Shown here: one piece after another, positions 47,673 through 57,566 of the stretch
How the letters are laid out: each line of letters begins with the position of its first letter
Numbering within the stretch: position 1 is the stretch's first letter
Virus genome (UHGV): UHGV-1374678
Source: a virus
DNA: 64,000 nt
Reading direction: 5' to 3' (one strand)
Made by a program: the position numbers and the translations under genes
The notes under the pieces: generated by a model
What the model was told of the DNA's origin: nothing
Database searches by the model: none
Seen by the model: the letters and a program-made list of their open reading frames with translations, nothing else

Positions 47673-50600
47673 TTACAGGTGCAATAATTTCACACCTTCA
47701 AGTGCTGCAATCTGAGCTTTTAGGCTGTTAATATCTTTGCTCTGATTTTTGATCTTTTTGTCATAATCGTAATATTCAGCTTTTCTCTGCAAAGCTTCCT
47801 TTCTCTTTGAGATGATTTTATCAAGATATTCAACTTCCGTTGACATTGCATTCTTGTATAAATCAATTAAGGAATCTTGGTACGATTTAACATCTTGTGT
47901 GCTGTCCTGAATACCCTTTCGATATTCTTGTGACTTTTCATTATACTCGTCTAATGAAATAACACCGTTCTGATATAACTCCTGTAACTTTTGAAGTCCA
48001 GTTGTATAATCAGATATCTTTTGTTTCGCATTTCCAAGGCTTTGGGACAGGAGAGCAATTTGTGCCAATCCATCTTCTGTAATTCCGCCTTGTTTATCAA
48101 GAAAAGCATCTTCATTAAGGAGTGCTCTAAATCCTGATAATTCGTCTTCAAGATCAGAATAACTTTGAATAGCCTTTTCTATATTTGTCATACGGAGATC
48201 ATAAATCGAATCCTTAAGATCTTCATTGTCTTTCTGAAGTTTTAGAATCTCTGTATCCGCACTGCTAATTTTATCAGCCAGCTCCTGATATCTTTTTGAA
48301 TTAACATCATAAACAGATTGCTCCTTAAGATATTGGTTTCTTAAATCATACTGTTTTTTAATATTAGCATTGTTATTATCAATTTGCTCCTGATATACAG
48401 TTTCCGGGACTTCTTTATCTTGTGCCTCCAACAAATCAACATATGAACTAAGTTTATCTACTCTACGTGAGAATCCGTCAATAATATTCTGAAGAGTATC
48501 ATAACTAATCTGTCGTAACTGATCCTGCAACTCAATTAATTCAGACGATGCTTTTGTTATATTGGTTGTAAAGTCCTGAATGTTCTTCATGGTATCATAC
48601 CATTGCTCAGAACCTTTTTTCATAAGACCGGAATTCAACTGAGAGTTTACTTCTGCTTGGTAGTCAGACAACTTCTTTGTCAAAGAATCGTAAATTTCAG
48701 ATTGTGTCTGAATCGATTTCTGTATACTGTCTGTATTTTGATGGTTATCAATTGCCGTACCGAGATTTTCAAGAAGAGTGCGGTTTTCTTTAAGACCGTC
48801 TTTTATAGACTCTTTCAGATTCTCTATTGCATCATATTCATCTTCAATAATACTAAGCCTTTTCTCTGCTAATTCTGTTAATTTATCTTCTAAAGTAAGT
48901 ACATTGTCAAGAGCAGATAGATAATTTTCATAATATGTTTTATATTTAGAAATTTTATCATTCAAATCACTGTCTTTAATTGTCTCAATATTTAATGTAC
49001 CATTACGAACTTTAGATGCATATGTCTCGCTTAATCCAACCGCATTTGCGGCATTCAAATATGCTTGGGCTGCTTGTTGGTTAGTTTTGATTTCAGACTG
49101 TACCTTGGAAATAGCATCCGCAGCTTTCACTTGCTTATTCACAAGACCAATCGCCCTGTCAATTGCATCAACTGCTAAATCAGTTATTCTCTTAACTCTT
49201 GAAAGTAAAGTTTCAATCCAATCAATAACATTTTCTGATGCGTCTTTTGATGAACTATCCGATGAGGAATTATTATTAGAAGAGGAGTTGTTATTAGAAG
49301 ATGATTTCTTTTTCTTTGAAGAAGATGTTGCTTTGCTTCCAGAACCACCAGTTCCGAAAGTAACACCGCTAGTACCACCATACCCTGCATGTGCAGTACC
49401 ATGTGCCAAAGCCGTTCCTCGTGAATTAATAAATCCAGAAGAAAGCAGTTGCTTTGTTTGATTTGCATCAAACACAATAGAACCTTGTGGAATACGTGTA
49501 AATTCAGCACCATTGTCACCAACGGTTCGCCATTTACCATTCTTAGGATCAACAACAATTTCTTGTCCTAGTTCACCAACTAAAGAGCCTTCAGATTTTT
49601 TTGTTCTCCAACTAGATTTTAACCAACTTGTATCAGATATATTGCCATTTGCGTAAGCACTTCCGTACATTCTTGGATTGATTGTTCCAAATGTATGTGC
49701 AGTACCAGAAGCACTTGAAGCTCCTTTTTTTACTGCGGATGCAACTTTACTTGCTACATTGGTTTGAGGCATATTTACAGTTGAAGCATAGTATGTGACT
49801 TTTCCTGTTAATGTTGGTGCGGAATTAGGGAATAAAGCCTTTGTATAATTGGCAAGACCATTAATTGTAGGTGCTATCTTAGGATGGTCGCCCATTTCAT
49901 AACTAACTGTACCATCTTCATTTTTTACTTCATCAAGATAATAATTAACACCATCAACATTTGCGATATAAGCAATTTCTCCACTTTCTGTTTTGACAGC
50001 TTCAATCTGAGTTGGTACATTATCGACGTTTGCCGTAAAATATAATTCTTGTCCCGTTTTTAACTGATTGAGCTGTGCTTGAACTTGATCTGTTGTAGCA
50101 TCAACTTTCATATAAATTGTGTTATCATCTGGACGAGATAAAATACCATCAATTTTTGCATCCGCTTCTGTAGTATCAACGTCAACCTTGATCAGCCCCA
50201 TATCTGATAATACATCAACAAATTCATTTAAATACGACGGGTCAATATTCATAGATTGCATTAATGTACTTAATGAATCTTCCATTGCAGAAGTCTGGTT
50301 ATCTGTCAAATCAATTGACTTCAATTGTTGTTCAGAATAATCCTTAAGAGAACTAAGAGATGCTTTTTGTGCTTCGTCCCCAAGATAAAATTGATCCTGT
50401 ACAAGATGTAGGGCTTCAGCATATCTATTGGCTTGCTCTACAGAATCTTCTCCATAATAAGTTCTTATTTTAAGACCGTCAGTATCTTCTCCACCATTTA
50501 AAAGTTCTTGTGCATAACTTTTTAATTCTTCCGGGCTATACACATCTCCATTTGGTAAAATAGGAGTTACGACAATTGTTTTATCCCCTGCTTCATTTGA

Positions 50601-53600
50601 GAATCCACTTGTATACACAGTTGCAGTAGAATCTTCTGGAACGTCCCAACCGACATCGTTCATATACTTACCAGAAACTTCAGGTCTATTTGTTAAATCA
50701 ACATTTCCTCTTTCTGTAGTTACTTCAACCGTTGCTTTTTTACCTTCTGTTTTATTGATGGCATTATCAACAGTTGAGTCAAATTTAGATGTATCTGCAT
50801 CAACCGTCATAGTTCCAGAAGTATTGTCAACTTTCTCTTTAGTTTCTTGAGTCTTCTGATCTACCTCTGTTGTATCGGCTTTGTAATGATAGATTCCATC
50901 AAAACTTTTATAAAGTTCTACCTTTTTCCCGTCTTCAAATTCTGCATAGTAATGAATTTCACCATCGATTCTTTGTCCCGAAATTACAGATGACTTAGTT
51001 GTTGTTTTCCCGTTCTCGTCAGTAAATTGAACATCGCCATTAAAAGTAATAGTCTGTCCCTCTTTTAGATTGTCTATTTGTGCTTGGATCTGAGAGAAAT
51101 CTGCATCCGCTTTCATGACAATTAATAAATCATCTGAATATGCAACACCCATCAAATCATTTAATGCTTGTTGCTTTTCAATCTCAAGAGTTGCAATTAT
51201 CTCTGGATCCATATTCTCAATAGTGCTCAGAACACTTTCTTGACTAGACGGATCAATCCCAAGGTCAGTCAGCATCTGTGGGTCTGCATTTTTAATGGTT
51301 TCGTATAAAGTCTTAACTTTATTCTCCGCATCTGTAGTATCAATGTCTATCCCAACGCCTTTTAATGTTTTTTGTCTTTCAAGTTCGTATTTAGCCTGAG
51401 AAAATTCTTTAAGGCTATTTAAAAGATTTGCAGAATCGTTCTTGAGATTTGCAAAATTAACTCCACTATATTTACTTTCGGTAAGAGACTGTTTTTGAGC
51501 ATATAATGCATTAATAGAATTGATCATTGCCTGAGAAGAGCTGTCATTAAATGACTTTCCTTTACCGTTGAGCTTTTGGTTACTTAACAACGCTTTTTGA
51601 ACAAGGGCAATTTGATCGTCAAGATTTTGTTGATTTGTTGAATCAAAATTGATTGTTGCGTCATTAATTCCATGTGTTTTTGCATAGCCCATAGAATATT
51701 TATTAACCAAATTTTGTGTTGTTCTAATAGTTTTTTGTGCTTGCTCTTTAAGTTCATCGGCATTATTTAAGTCCACATCGATACCAATGACTTTATTCGA
51801 TATTTTATCAAGTTCTTCTTCTGCATTTACAATATTTAAATTAGCATCTAGCTCGATACCATTCTCATTTGCAATTTTCTGAATCTCTGTTTCGAGTGCT
51901 TTTGCAACTTCGTCTGTGTCTGTTCCATACGCTTTGGTAGATTTAATTCTATCTCTTTCAGTAAGCAGGGTAGTAATCTGTTCTTTTCCTTGTTTAATCT
52001 TTTCAGCATACTCATCTGCGGAGTGTTTTGCTAACTGTTCTGTAGCAGAGCGTGTTTCTGCTAAATCATTCTGTAATGCAGCGATTTCATTTTTCTTTTG
52101 TGTAATAGCTGTGTTGTCAGCACCAGTGGCTTGCAACTCAGCTAACTCAGCCTGTGCCTTTGCAATTTTCGAAGATAAGTCTGTAATTCTTTCAGCACCG
52201 TCAGCTACAGATCCAACAAAATTATTATGAGCACCATAATCTTCCAATCTGCCAAACATGTCCATGAACCAATCAAAGCTCATACCCATATCTTTAGCAG
52301 CGTCAGTTATGTCTCCAATGTTGTATGTCCATTGTTTACTTCCATCAGCGAGTGCTTGAGAAGCTGCGTATCCCTTTTTCTCTAAATCTGTTAAGAAATT
52401 CTGAACCCCTGTTGCATCTTCTGTCATATATCTTGCTGCTTTGTTATAATTTTCTGCAAAATTTACAGCATCATCAGCACCAGTAGGAGAGAAGTATGCA
52501 GCCCTGGTCTTAAAATCATCTGTGCCAATAAGACCTTTATCAAAGGCTTCTTTTGCTTCTGTCAGATATGTAACACCTTTTACATAATCGTCCCCAGCAT
52601 TTGCGGATTCGTCAGCAGCATCAATTGCAGAAAAGGCACTGTTGTCTTTTAAGTCAATGGCAGTAGCTCCGGCTGCAATCGTATCTTCTATTTTCTTCTT
52701 AAGCTTATCAAAATCATAGCCAACTTCGTCCGCATTGTCACTCATGACAATATCATATGCGGTATTTATCTCTTTGATATTGAGATCGTTTATAGCGTCT
52801 CCAAACTTTTCTTTTAAGACTTTTGTTTTGTCAGAAACTTCTTCTGTCAATTGATCTAACCCGAATATTGTCTTGAAAGAATTTTGTGCCTCCTTATCAT
52901 TCGGGAAGGCATCATCTAAAGCCTTGCTTATTGCGTATTTATAATTTTCAAGATGTAGATTGTCAGGATTGATATTTAATAAATCAGCAATTTTTTCTTG
53001 AGCTTCTGGTTTAAGATCATTCATTGGCTCTATAAACTCAGAATATATGAAACTTGTAATATCTCCATCATAATCATCCATGATAGTATCGATATCAAAG
53101 TCAAAGTCACCAAAATTAGTTGTGAATGCATTTTGTAATTTGGAATCCAAAGATGTAAATTCTGTTGAAGTTTGTAAATATTTCGATACAGAATCACTCA
53201 AAGATTTAAACTGTTCTTTTATTAAAGAATTCTTCTCTTGAACTTTTTTCTTATCTTCGTTAATTTGTTGAGTAAGCTTTTCTTCAGAATTAATTTTGCT
53301 CTCCTCTAACACTTTACTGAGTTCCTTCGCAGTATCTTTGTTCATTGGAGTGGAATAGGTTAATAACCCTGTTTTTTCAGAGTATGTTGACGCAGGAGTC
53401 AAACCGTGTTTCTTTAATACTTTAAGTAGGTCGTTACCTTTAACAAGTGTTGGATCAAAAGAAACCGATTGTTTCTTAAAAATATTTTTATCATTAGCTC
53501 TTTCTGAAATTGCTTTTATTGCATTTTCTTTTTTTTCTATTGAATTTTCAAGATCTGTTCTATCATTAGAATATACTTTAATTTGTTCTTTAATTCCATC

Positions 53601-54248
53601 AAATGCATCTTGCAAATCTTCTCCAATTTTAATATGGGAAGAGTTTAAAGAAGCGTCATACAATTCGTTTAAAGATTTTGCAGCAGTGGCTGCATTGTTT
53701 CCAATATTTAAAATTGCATTTCCCTGTGCGTCATAACCTGCAACTATTTCCGGGAATACATTAGCTAATTGATTCGACGTATCAATATAAGATTGATAAT
53801 CTTCATCGCTTAACAACTTGTTAGAATTATCTGAGTTTACGCCTTCTTTTAATTCGGCATACTTTTTAGCAACTTCATCAATTGCATCCCCAGTGCTTTT
53901 TATTTCTTCTGGATTTTTTGCAAAACTTTTCCCAAGATTTTCTATAGAATTTTTATTTTCAGAAAAAGTCTTGAAAGTAGAGTCAATGGAAGCCTTTGCC
54001 TCCTCTCCTTTTTCAATTAGTTTTTCTGACCGATGAATATAATCATCAATTAATTCTATTCCTTTAGTTATTATAGCGGAAGCAGCCATGCTAATTCCAA
54101 AACTTGCGATTGAAGAGACAAAAGTTCCTGCAAAATTTTTCACGCCAGTTTTTAATTTTGACATGGTAGAAGAAAATTTGCTTTGAGAACTTGTTGCTTC
54201 TTCTGTAGCAACTTGAAATTCACTATAACTGATTTTCCCTTCTTTCAA
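47673..54248 (-). CDS. tail tape measure protein, main part (2191 aa, TTG start; frame open a further 92 codons upstream)
   Basis: Long coiled coil; hydrophobic segment FAGTFVSSIASFGISMAASAII; S/N low-complexity run; sits upstream of Dit and Tal. Confidence 0.8.
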   Translation of the reverse strand: MKEGKISYSEFQVATEEATSSQSKFSSTMSKLKTGVKNFAGTFVSSIASFGISMAASAIITKGIELIDDYIHRSEKLIEKGEEAKASIDSTFKTFSENKNSIENLGKSFAKNPEEIKSTGDAIDEVAKKYAELKEGVNSDNSNKLLSDEDYQSYIDTSNQLANVFPEIVAGYDAQGNAILNIGNNAATAAKSLNELYDASLNSSHIKIGEDLQDAFDGIKEQIKVYSNDRTDLENSIEKKENAIKAISERANDKNIFKKQSVSFDPTLVKGNDLLKVLKKHGLTPASTYSEKTGLLTYSTPMNKDTAKELSKVLEESKINSEEKLTQQINEDKKKVQEKNSLIKEQFKSLSDSVSKYLQTSTEFTSLDSKLQNAFTTNFGDFDFDIDTIMDDYDGDITSFIYSEFIEPMNDLKPEAQEKIADLLNINPDNLHLENYKYAISKALDDAFPNDKEAQNSFKTIFGLDQLTEEVSDKTKVLKEKFGDAINDLNIKEINTAYDIVMSDNADEVGYDFDKLKKKIEDTIAAGATAIDLKDNSAFSAIDAADESANAGDDYVKGVTYLTEAKEAFDKGLIGTDDFKTRAAYFSPTGADDAVNFAENYNKAARYMTEDATGVQNFLTDLEKKGYAASQALADGSKQWTYNIGDITDAAKDMGMSFDWFMDMFGRLEDYGAHNNFVGSVADGAERITDLSSKIAKAQAELAELQATGADNTAITQKKNEIAALQNDLAETRSATEQLAKHSADEYAEKIKQGKEQITTLLTERDRIKSTKAYGTDTDEVAKALETEIQKIANENGIELDANLNIVNAEEELDKISNKVIGIDVDLNNADELKEQAQKTIRTTQNLVNKYSMGYAKTHGINDATINFDSTNQQNLDDQIALVQKALLSNQKLNGKGKSFNDSSSQAMINSINALYAQKQSLTESKYSGVNFANLKNDSANLLNSLKEFSQAKYELERQKTLKGVGIDIDTTDAENKVKTLYETIKNADPQMLTDLGIDPSSQESVLSTIENMDPEIIATLEIEKQQALNDLMGVAYSDDLLIVMKADADFSQIQAQIDNLKEGQTITFNGDVQFTDENGKTTTKSSVISGQRIDGEIHYYAEFEDGKKVELYKSFDGIYHYKADTTEVDQKTQETKEKVDNTSGTMTVDADTSKFDSTVDNAINKTEGKKATVEVTTERGNVDLTNRPEVSGKYMNDVGWDVPEDSTATVYTSGFSNEAGDKTIVVTPILPNGDVYSPEELKSYAQELLNGGEDTDGLKIRTYYGEDSVEQANRYAEALHLVQDQFYLGDEAQKASLSSLKDYSEQQLKSIDLTDNQTSAMEDSLSTLMQSMNIDPSYLNEFVDVLSDMGLIKVDVDTTEADAKIDGILSRPDDNTIYMKVDATTDQVQAQLNQLKTGQELYFTANVDNVPTQIEAVKTESGEIAYIANVDGVNYYLDEVKNEDGTVSYEMGDHPKIAPTINGLANYTKALFPNSAPTLTGKVTYYASTVNMPQTNVASKVASAVKKGASSASGTAHTFGTINPRMYGSAYANGNISDTSWLKSSWRTKKSEGSLVGELGQEIVVDPKNGKWRTVGDNGAEFTRIPQGSIVFDANQTKQLLSSGFINSRGTALAHGTAHAGYGGTSGVTFGTGGSGSKATSSSKKKKSSSNNNSSSNNNSSSDSSSKDASENVIDWIETLLSRVKRITDLAVDAIDRAIGLVNKQVKAADAISKVQSEIKTNQQAAQAYLNAANAVGLSETYASKVRNGTLNIETIKDSDLNDKISKYKTYYENYLSALDNVLTLEDKLTELAEKRLSIIEDEYDAIENLKESIKDGLKENRTLLENLGTAIDNHQNTDSIQKSIQTQSEIYDSLTKKLSDYQAEVNSQLNSGLMKKGSEQWYDTMKNIQDFTTNITKASSELIELQDQLRQISYDTLQNIIDGFSRRVDKLSSYVDLLEAQDKEVPETVYQEQIDNNNANIKKQYDLRNQYLKEQSVYDVNSKRYQELADKISSADTEILKLQKDNEDLKDSIYDLRMTNIEKAIQSYSDLEDELSGFRALLNEDAFLDKQGGITEDGLAQIALLSQSLGNAKQKISDYTTGLQKLQELYQNGVISLDEYNEKSQEYRKGIQDSTQDVKSYQDSLIDLYKNAMSTEVEYLDKIISKRKEALQRKAEYYDYDKKIKNQSKDINSLKAQIAALEGVKLLHL

Positions 54249-54494
54249 TGCCTTTGCCGAATCGACAAGCTTTTTATCAACATCCCCAAGCGATTTTCCA
54301 AGCGCTGCCGTTGTAATATTAAGTGGTTTTTGTTGTAAGTTTTCTAGATTTGTTCCGCCTTCTGTTACAGAAGAAATTAATTTGCCAAAACTGCGATTTG
54401 CTTTTATTTGGTTTTCAGATTTTGGCGTAAATAAATTAGAAAAAATAGAACTAAAACCGTTTTCTTTGTCATAGCTTAAAATCGTTTTTTTAAT

Positions 54495-54523
54495 TGATAT
54501 AATTATATTACTTGCAATAATAT
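54495..54523 (+). promoter_or_regulatory. sigma70-like promoter for the island gene 54549..55004
   Basis: TTGATA - 17 nt - TAATAT, 25 nt upstream of the ATG. Confidence 0.4.
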
Positions 54524-54548
54524 ATTATTTGAAAATGGAGGAGAGTTT

Positions 54549-55004
54549 ATGAATATCAAATACTGTCCAGAATGTGCGAAATGTAAAAAATCAATAGAAG
54601 ATCCTGAAGATTTTTATGCTGGATATCAAGTCTATTTTTTTCAAGATAAAATTGGGAAAACATGTCAAATTTGTAACAAGGATACGTTAATAGAAACAAA
54701 CATAACTGAAGATGAGCTTCATGAAATAGGAGAAGCGTCAAACTATAATCCTTCTTTTCTCAAAGCCATGCGTGAACTCAAAGAAAAAGACATCATAGAA
54801 TATGAACTTAAAATGTCACAGTTCCGGTCACAAGTCGAACAGAAAAACAAAGCAAGAGAAGAAGCAAATCGTCCGAGGTGTCCGAAGTGTGGTTCTACCT
54901 CAATTGCAACGACAACTCGTGGTTACTCATTTTGGACAGGATTTGTCGGCTCTGGTAAACCAATGAACGTGTGTCAAAATTGTGGTCATAAGTGGAAGAT
55001 ATAA
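54549..55004 (+). CDS. double zinc-ribbon protein (N-terminal CPEC..C..C, C-terminal CPKCG...CQNCGHKW)
   Basis: RBS TGGAGGAGAGTTT ATG; the 3' end is the source of the 42-nt repeats. Confidence 0.6.
   Translation: MNIKYCPECAKCKKSIEDPEDFYAGYQVYFFQDKIGKTCQICNKDTLIETNITEDELHEIGEASNYNPSFLKAMRELKEKDIIEYELKMSQFRSQVEQKNKAREEANRPRCPKCGSTSIATTTRGYSFWTGFVGSGKPMNVCQNCGHKWKI
54954..54995 (+). repeat. repeat copy 1 (native 3' end of the zinc-ribbon gene)
   Basis: GGTAAACCAATGAACGTGTGTCAAAATTGTGGTCATAAGTGG. Confidence 0.55.
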
Positions 55005-55305
55005 CACGAATATTTTATCCAAAGCACAAATACGCTCTTGTTTTTTTGCTAACTGCTTTTGATAAATATAAGTTTTCTTCATAAAAATATCACCTACTTT
55101 AAAAATATTTATTTTTAGAACGTTTGCAACATTTGTTCCTGTGTTCATTTTCAAGAACCTTACACCTACGGTTGTATTCTTTAACATAAGAAGCAGGGAT
55201 ATAGTTTGTATCTTCTATTGGCTTGCTTAATTCTACCATATAACCTATTAACATTTTTTCAATATTACAAATAAAGACCATCTCCTTTAAGAAAGTGTGA
55301 TATGT

Positions 55306-56061
55306 ATGGATAAAAATATATTAAAAATCTACGGATTAACTGGTGCGTATTGTAAATTTATGGGAATTACTAAAATGCCAAAATTTAAAGTAAAAACATT
55401 TAAAGGTGGAAATGCATCTGCGTATATTTCCTATCAAAATAATTCTCAAATATTTAATATAGAAGAAAACTATATTAATGTTTTAAAACAAAACGCACTA
55501 CCTCTTATTTATCATGAATTTACTCACATTGTAGATAACGAAAGTTTTCTTCCAGAAGTGAGTGCAAAAACAAAAATTCCATTCATAAAAATGTTATCGG
55601 AATATAGAGCTATTCAAGTTCAAATGAAAATAAGCATGAATTTTGAAATCTATAATGAAGATAAAAAGTTTTCATTTGATGATAAAACACATGATTGGTT
55701 TGAAGAAAAAACCGTAAAAGAAGATATAGTATATAAAACTGAAGATTTTGTTGCAACGATAAAAAATCTTTTAAGTAAAAAAGAAAATAATTATACTTAT
55801 TTTTTAGTTCTACATTGTGTGTATTACCAGAGCATGTGTGATTTTTGGAAAGAATATTGTATTAATGAAGTTCAACATCTATTAAAAGAAGATATAATAA
55901 ATACTTTATTTGGATTAGAATTTGATATTTTCCATCATATGTTATCAAAAATAGATAACAAAGATATAAATTATTTTAAATTACTGTTATCATCTCAGAA
56001 TAAAATGGTCGGATATTTTGGATTATATGAAGACGAAATCATAAAAACATTAAGCGTATAG
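55306..56061 (+). CDS. HExxH-motif protein (putative ImmA/IrrE-like or other zinc metallopeptidase)
   Basis: LIYHEFTHIVDN; start ATG at 55306 inside track ORF 55297..56061. Confidence 0.55.
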   Translation: MDKNILKIYGLTGAYCKFMGITKMPKFKVKTFKGGNASAYISYQNNSQIFNIEENYINVLKQNALPLIYHEFTHIVDNESFLPEVSAKTKIPFIKMLSEYRAIQVQMKISMNFEIYNEDKKFSFDDKTHDWFEEKTVKEDIVYKTEDFVATIKNLLSKKENNYTYFLVLHCVYYQSMCDFWKEYCINEVQHLLKEDIINTLFGLEFDIFHHMLSKIDNKDINYFKLLLSSQNKMVGYFGLYEDEIIKTLSV

Positions 56062-56151
56062 AAATAAATTATTCTTAATGTACAGCGAAAAGTGATATCT
56101 GTCGGGAAGAAGATCAAAGGATCTATATTGTTTGGTTTATTCAGCAACGAT

Positions 56152-56193
56152 GCTAAAAAACAAATGAGATGCAAGGATTGTGGATATAAATTT
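56152..56193 (+). repeat. repeat copy 2 (remnant zinc-ribbon 3' end, ...MRCKDCGYKF*)
   Basis: GCTAAAAAACAAATGAGATGCAAGGATTGTGGATATAAATTT; same frame as the upstream gene after two stops. Confidence 0.55.
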
Positions 56194-56334
56194 TAATCAA
56201 ATAAATGTGCAATCGTATAGCAAAATAATTTTATCCTTAAAAGTAAAATTGACATTCTTTTCTTTTTTACTTCTTTTGAGTAAACATAATTATCTTTCAA
56301 AATAAAATCACCTACGCTTTCTGGAGGAATGAAT

Positions 56335-56496
56335 ATGACAAACGAAAATAACAAAAGTATAAAGCAAACTACAGCAGATAAAAACAAGCAAAAAGATACT
56401 CGTAAACCATTACCGAAAGCTAATATAATTGGTAAACGCTTAGAGATATTTAACATGGATTTAAATGTTATATACAAGAAGAATAAGAAAAAATAG
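56335..56496 (+). CDS. small basic protein (53 aa)
   Basis: Strong RBS CTGGAGGAATGAAT ATG; below the ORF-track size cutoff. Confidence 0.5.
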   Translation: MTNENNKSIKQTTADKNKQKDTRKPLPKANIIGKRLEIFNMDLNVIYKKNKKK

Positions 56497-56692
56497 CATT
56501 TTACTTAGTTTTTTATACTTTTGGTTTCTTTCCATGCAGCAAATGCCATTCTACATTTTTTGAATTCTTGATCTGCAATTTTGTCTTGTTTTTTATTAAA
56601 ATCATCACATATTTTTTGCTGCTTAAAGGAAAGACAGAATATTTCTTGTCGCATTCCTATAATATGTGCTTTTGGCAAAGGAGATTTTTTTA

Positions 56693-57223
56693 ATGAGTTC
56701 ATATAACGATATCCTTTCTTTTGAAAATGACTACTACAAAGAATTATATTACGATGGTGCAAAACAGAGAGATAGGATAAATAGTAAATTTACACCAACA
56801 ATAACATTATTAACTGCTGAAACATCTGGAATCATTTGGATTATCTTCAATTTAGTGAAGAAGATGAAGTCGTTTAATTTTATATCAATTACAGCAACAA
56901 TAATCTTGTGTTTTATAATTTTATTTGGGTTAGTAGCTCTTGTGAATTTTTTATTTTGTTTTTTAAAATATGGCTTTCTATATCCAAAACCAGCCGATGT
57001 GAAAAATTTTATTAAAGAAAATAAAACATATATTGGTGAATATACAGAAAAAGAGATTGTTGATAATATTGTAGAACAAATTTCTTCTGAATATATTACA
57101 ATGGCAATTAAAAATAATAAAGAAATAAATAACAGGTCAAAATATCTGAACAAGTGTTACATAGGAATTGTGTACACGTTGTTATTTATGATTATTGAAT
57201 TCCTAATATTATTATTTATGTAA
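56693..57223 (+). CDS. three-TM membrane protein (candidate abortive-infection / exclusion effector)
   Basis: RBS AAAGGAGATTTTTTTA ATG; TM helices IIWIIFNLV, ISITATIILCFIILFGLVALVNFLF, IGIVYTLLFMIIEFLILLF. Confidence 0.6.
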   Translation: MSSYNDILSFENDYYKELYYDGAKQRDRINSKFTPTITLLTAETSGIIWIIFNLVKKMKSFNFISITATIILCFIILFGLVALVNFLFCFLKYGFLYPKPADVKNFIKENKTYIGEYTEKEIVDNIVEQISSEYITMAIKNNKEINNRSKYLNKCYIGIVYTLLFMIIEFLILLFM

Positions 57224-57261
57224 AAGTATAATAAAATATAATTGTTTTATTAAGTAAGAAC

Positions 57262-57304
57262 GCTAAAAACAAAATTTGAACGTAAGGATTGTGGATATAA
57301 GTGG
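57262..57304 (+). repeat. repeat copy 3 (remnant zinc-ribbon 3' end, ...ERKDCGYKW*)
   Basis: GCTAAAAACAAAATTTGAACGTAAGGATTGTGGATATAAGTGG; 15/18 identical to copy 1 across the Cys-codon core. Confidence 0.55.
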
Positions 57305-57328
57305 TAGGAGAACATGGATGTTTTTGAA

Positions 57329-57541
57329 CTACCGATCATACAAACTAATTAAAACTTTTCCAAGTTCAAGAGCAATGGCTTCATCAAAGTCTTCTGCGAT
57401 TAATTTTGCTAATTCACATGTTGGATGACACAAAACAAAATCTTCATCATCCGATAATTTGCTTTTACCAGTTTTTGGAGCAAGTTCGTTCCAATAATAA
57501 CTAATAAATTTACCTGTTTTCGAATGATCCATATCATTCAC
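57329..57541 (-). CDS. small acidic protein (GTG start), divergent from 57567..58031
   Basis: 70 aa; weak RBS; only 25 nt from the divergent gene. Confidence 0.35.
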   Translation of the reverse strand: MNDMDHSKTGKFISYYWNELAPKTGKSKLSDDEDFVLCHPTCELAKLIAEDFDEAIALELGKVLISLYDR

Positions 57542-57566
57542 CTGCCTTTCAAAAAATGGAGAAATT

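Noticed and set aside
47951-52230. Internal ORFs on both strands within the tape-measure gene (for example 49087..49461 +, 49184..49558 -, 51916..52230 +)
   Set aside because: Low-complexity reverse or alternative frames of the long coiled-coil CDS.
54556-55281. - strand ORFs 54556..54741, 54927..55187 and 55099..55281
   Set aside because: Antisense to the zinc-ribbon gene or lacking usable RBS spacing (AAAGGAG abuts the ATG). Considered non-coding spacer of cassette 1.
56193-57153. - strand ORFs 56193..56477, 56505..56762 and 56749..57153
   Set aside because: Antisense to the RBS-supported + strand cassette genes (the 53-aa protein and the 3-TM protein). No RBS.
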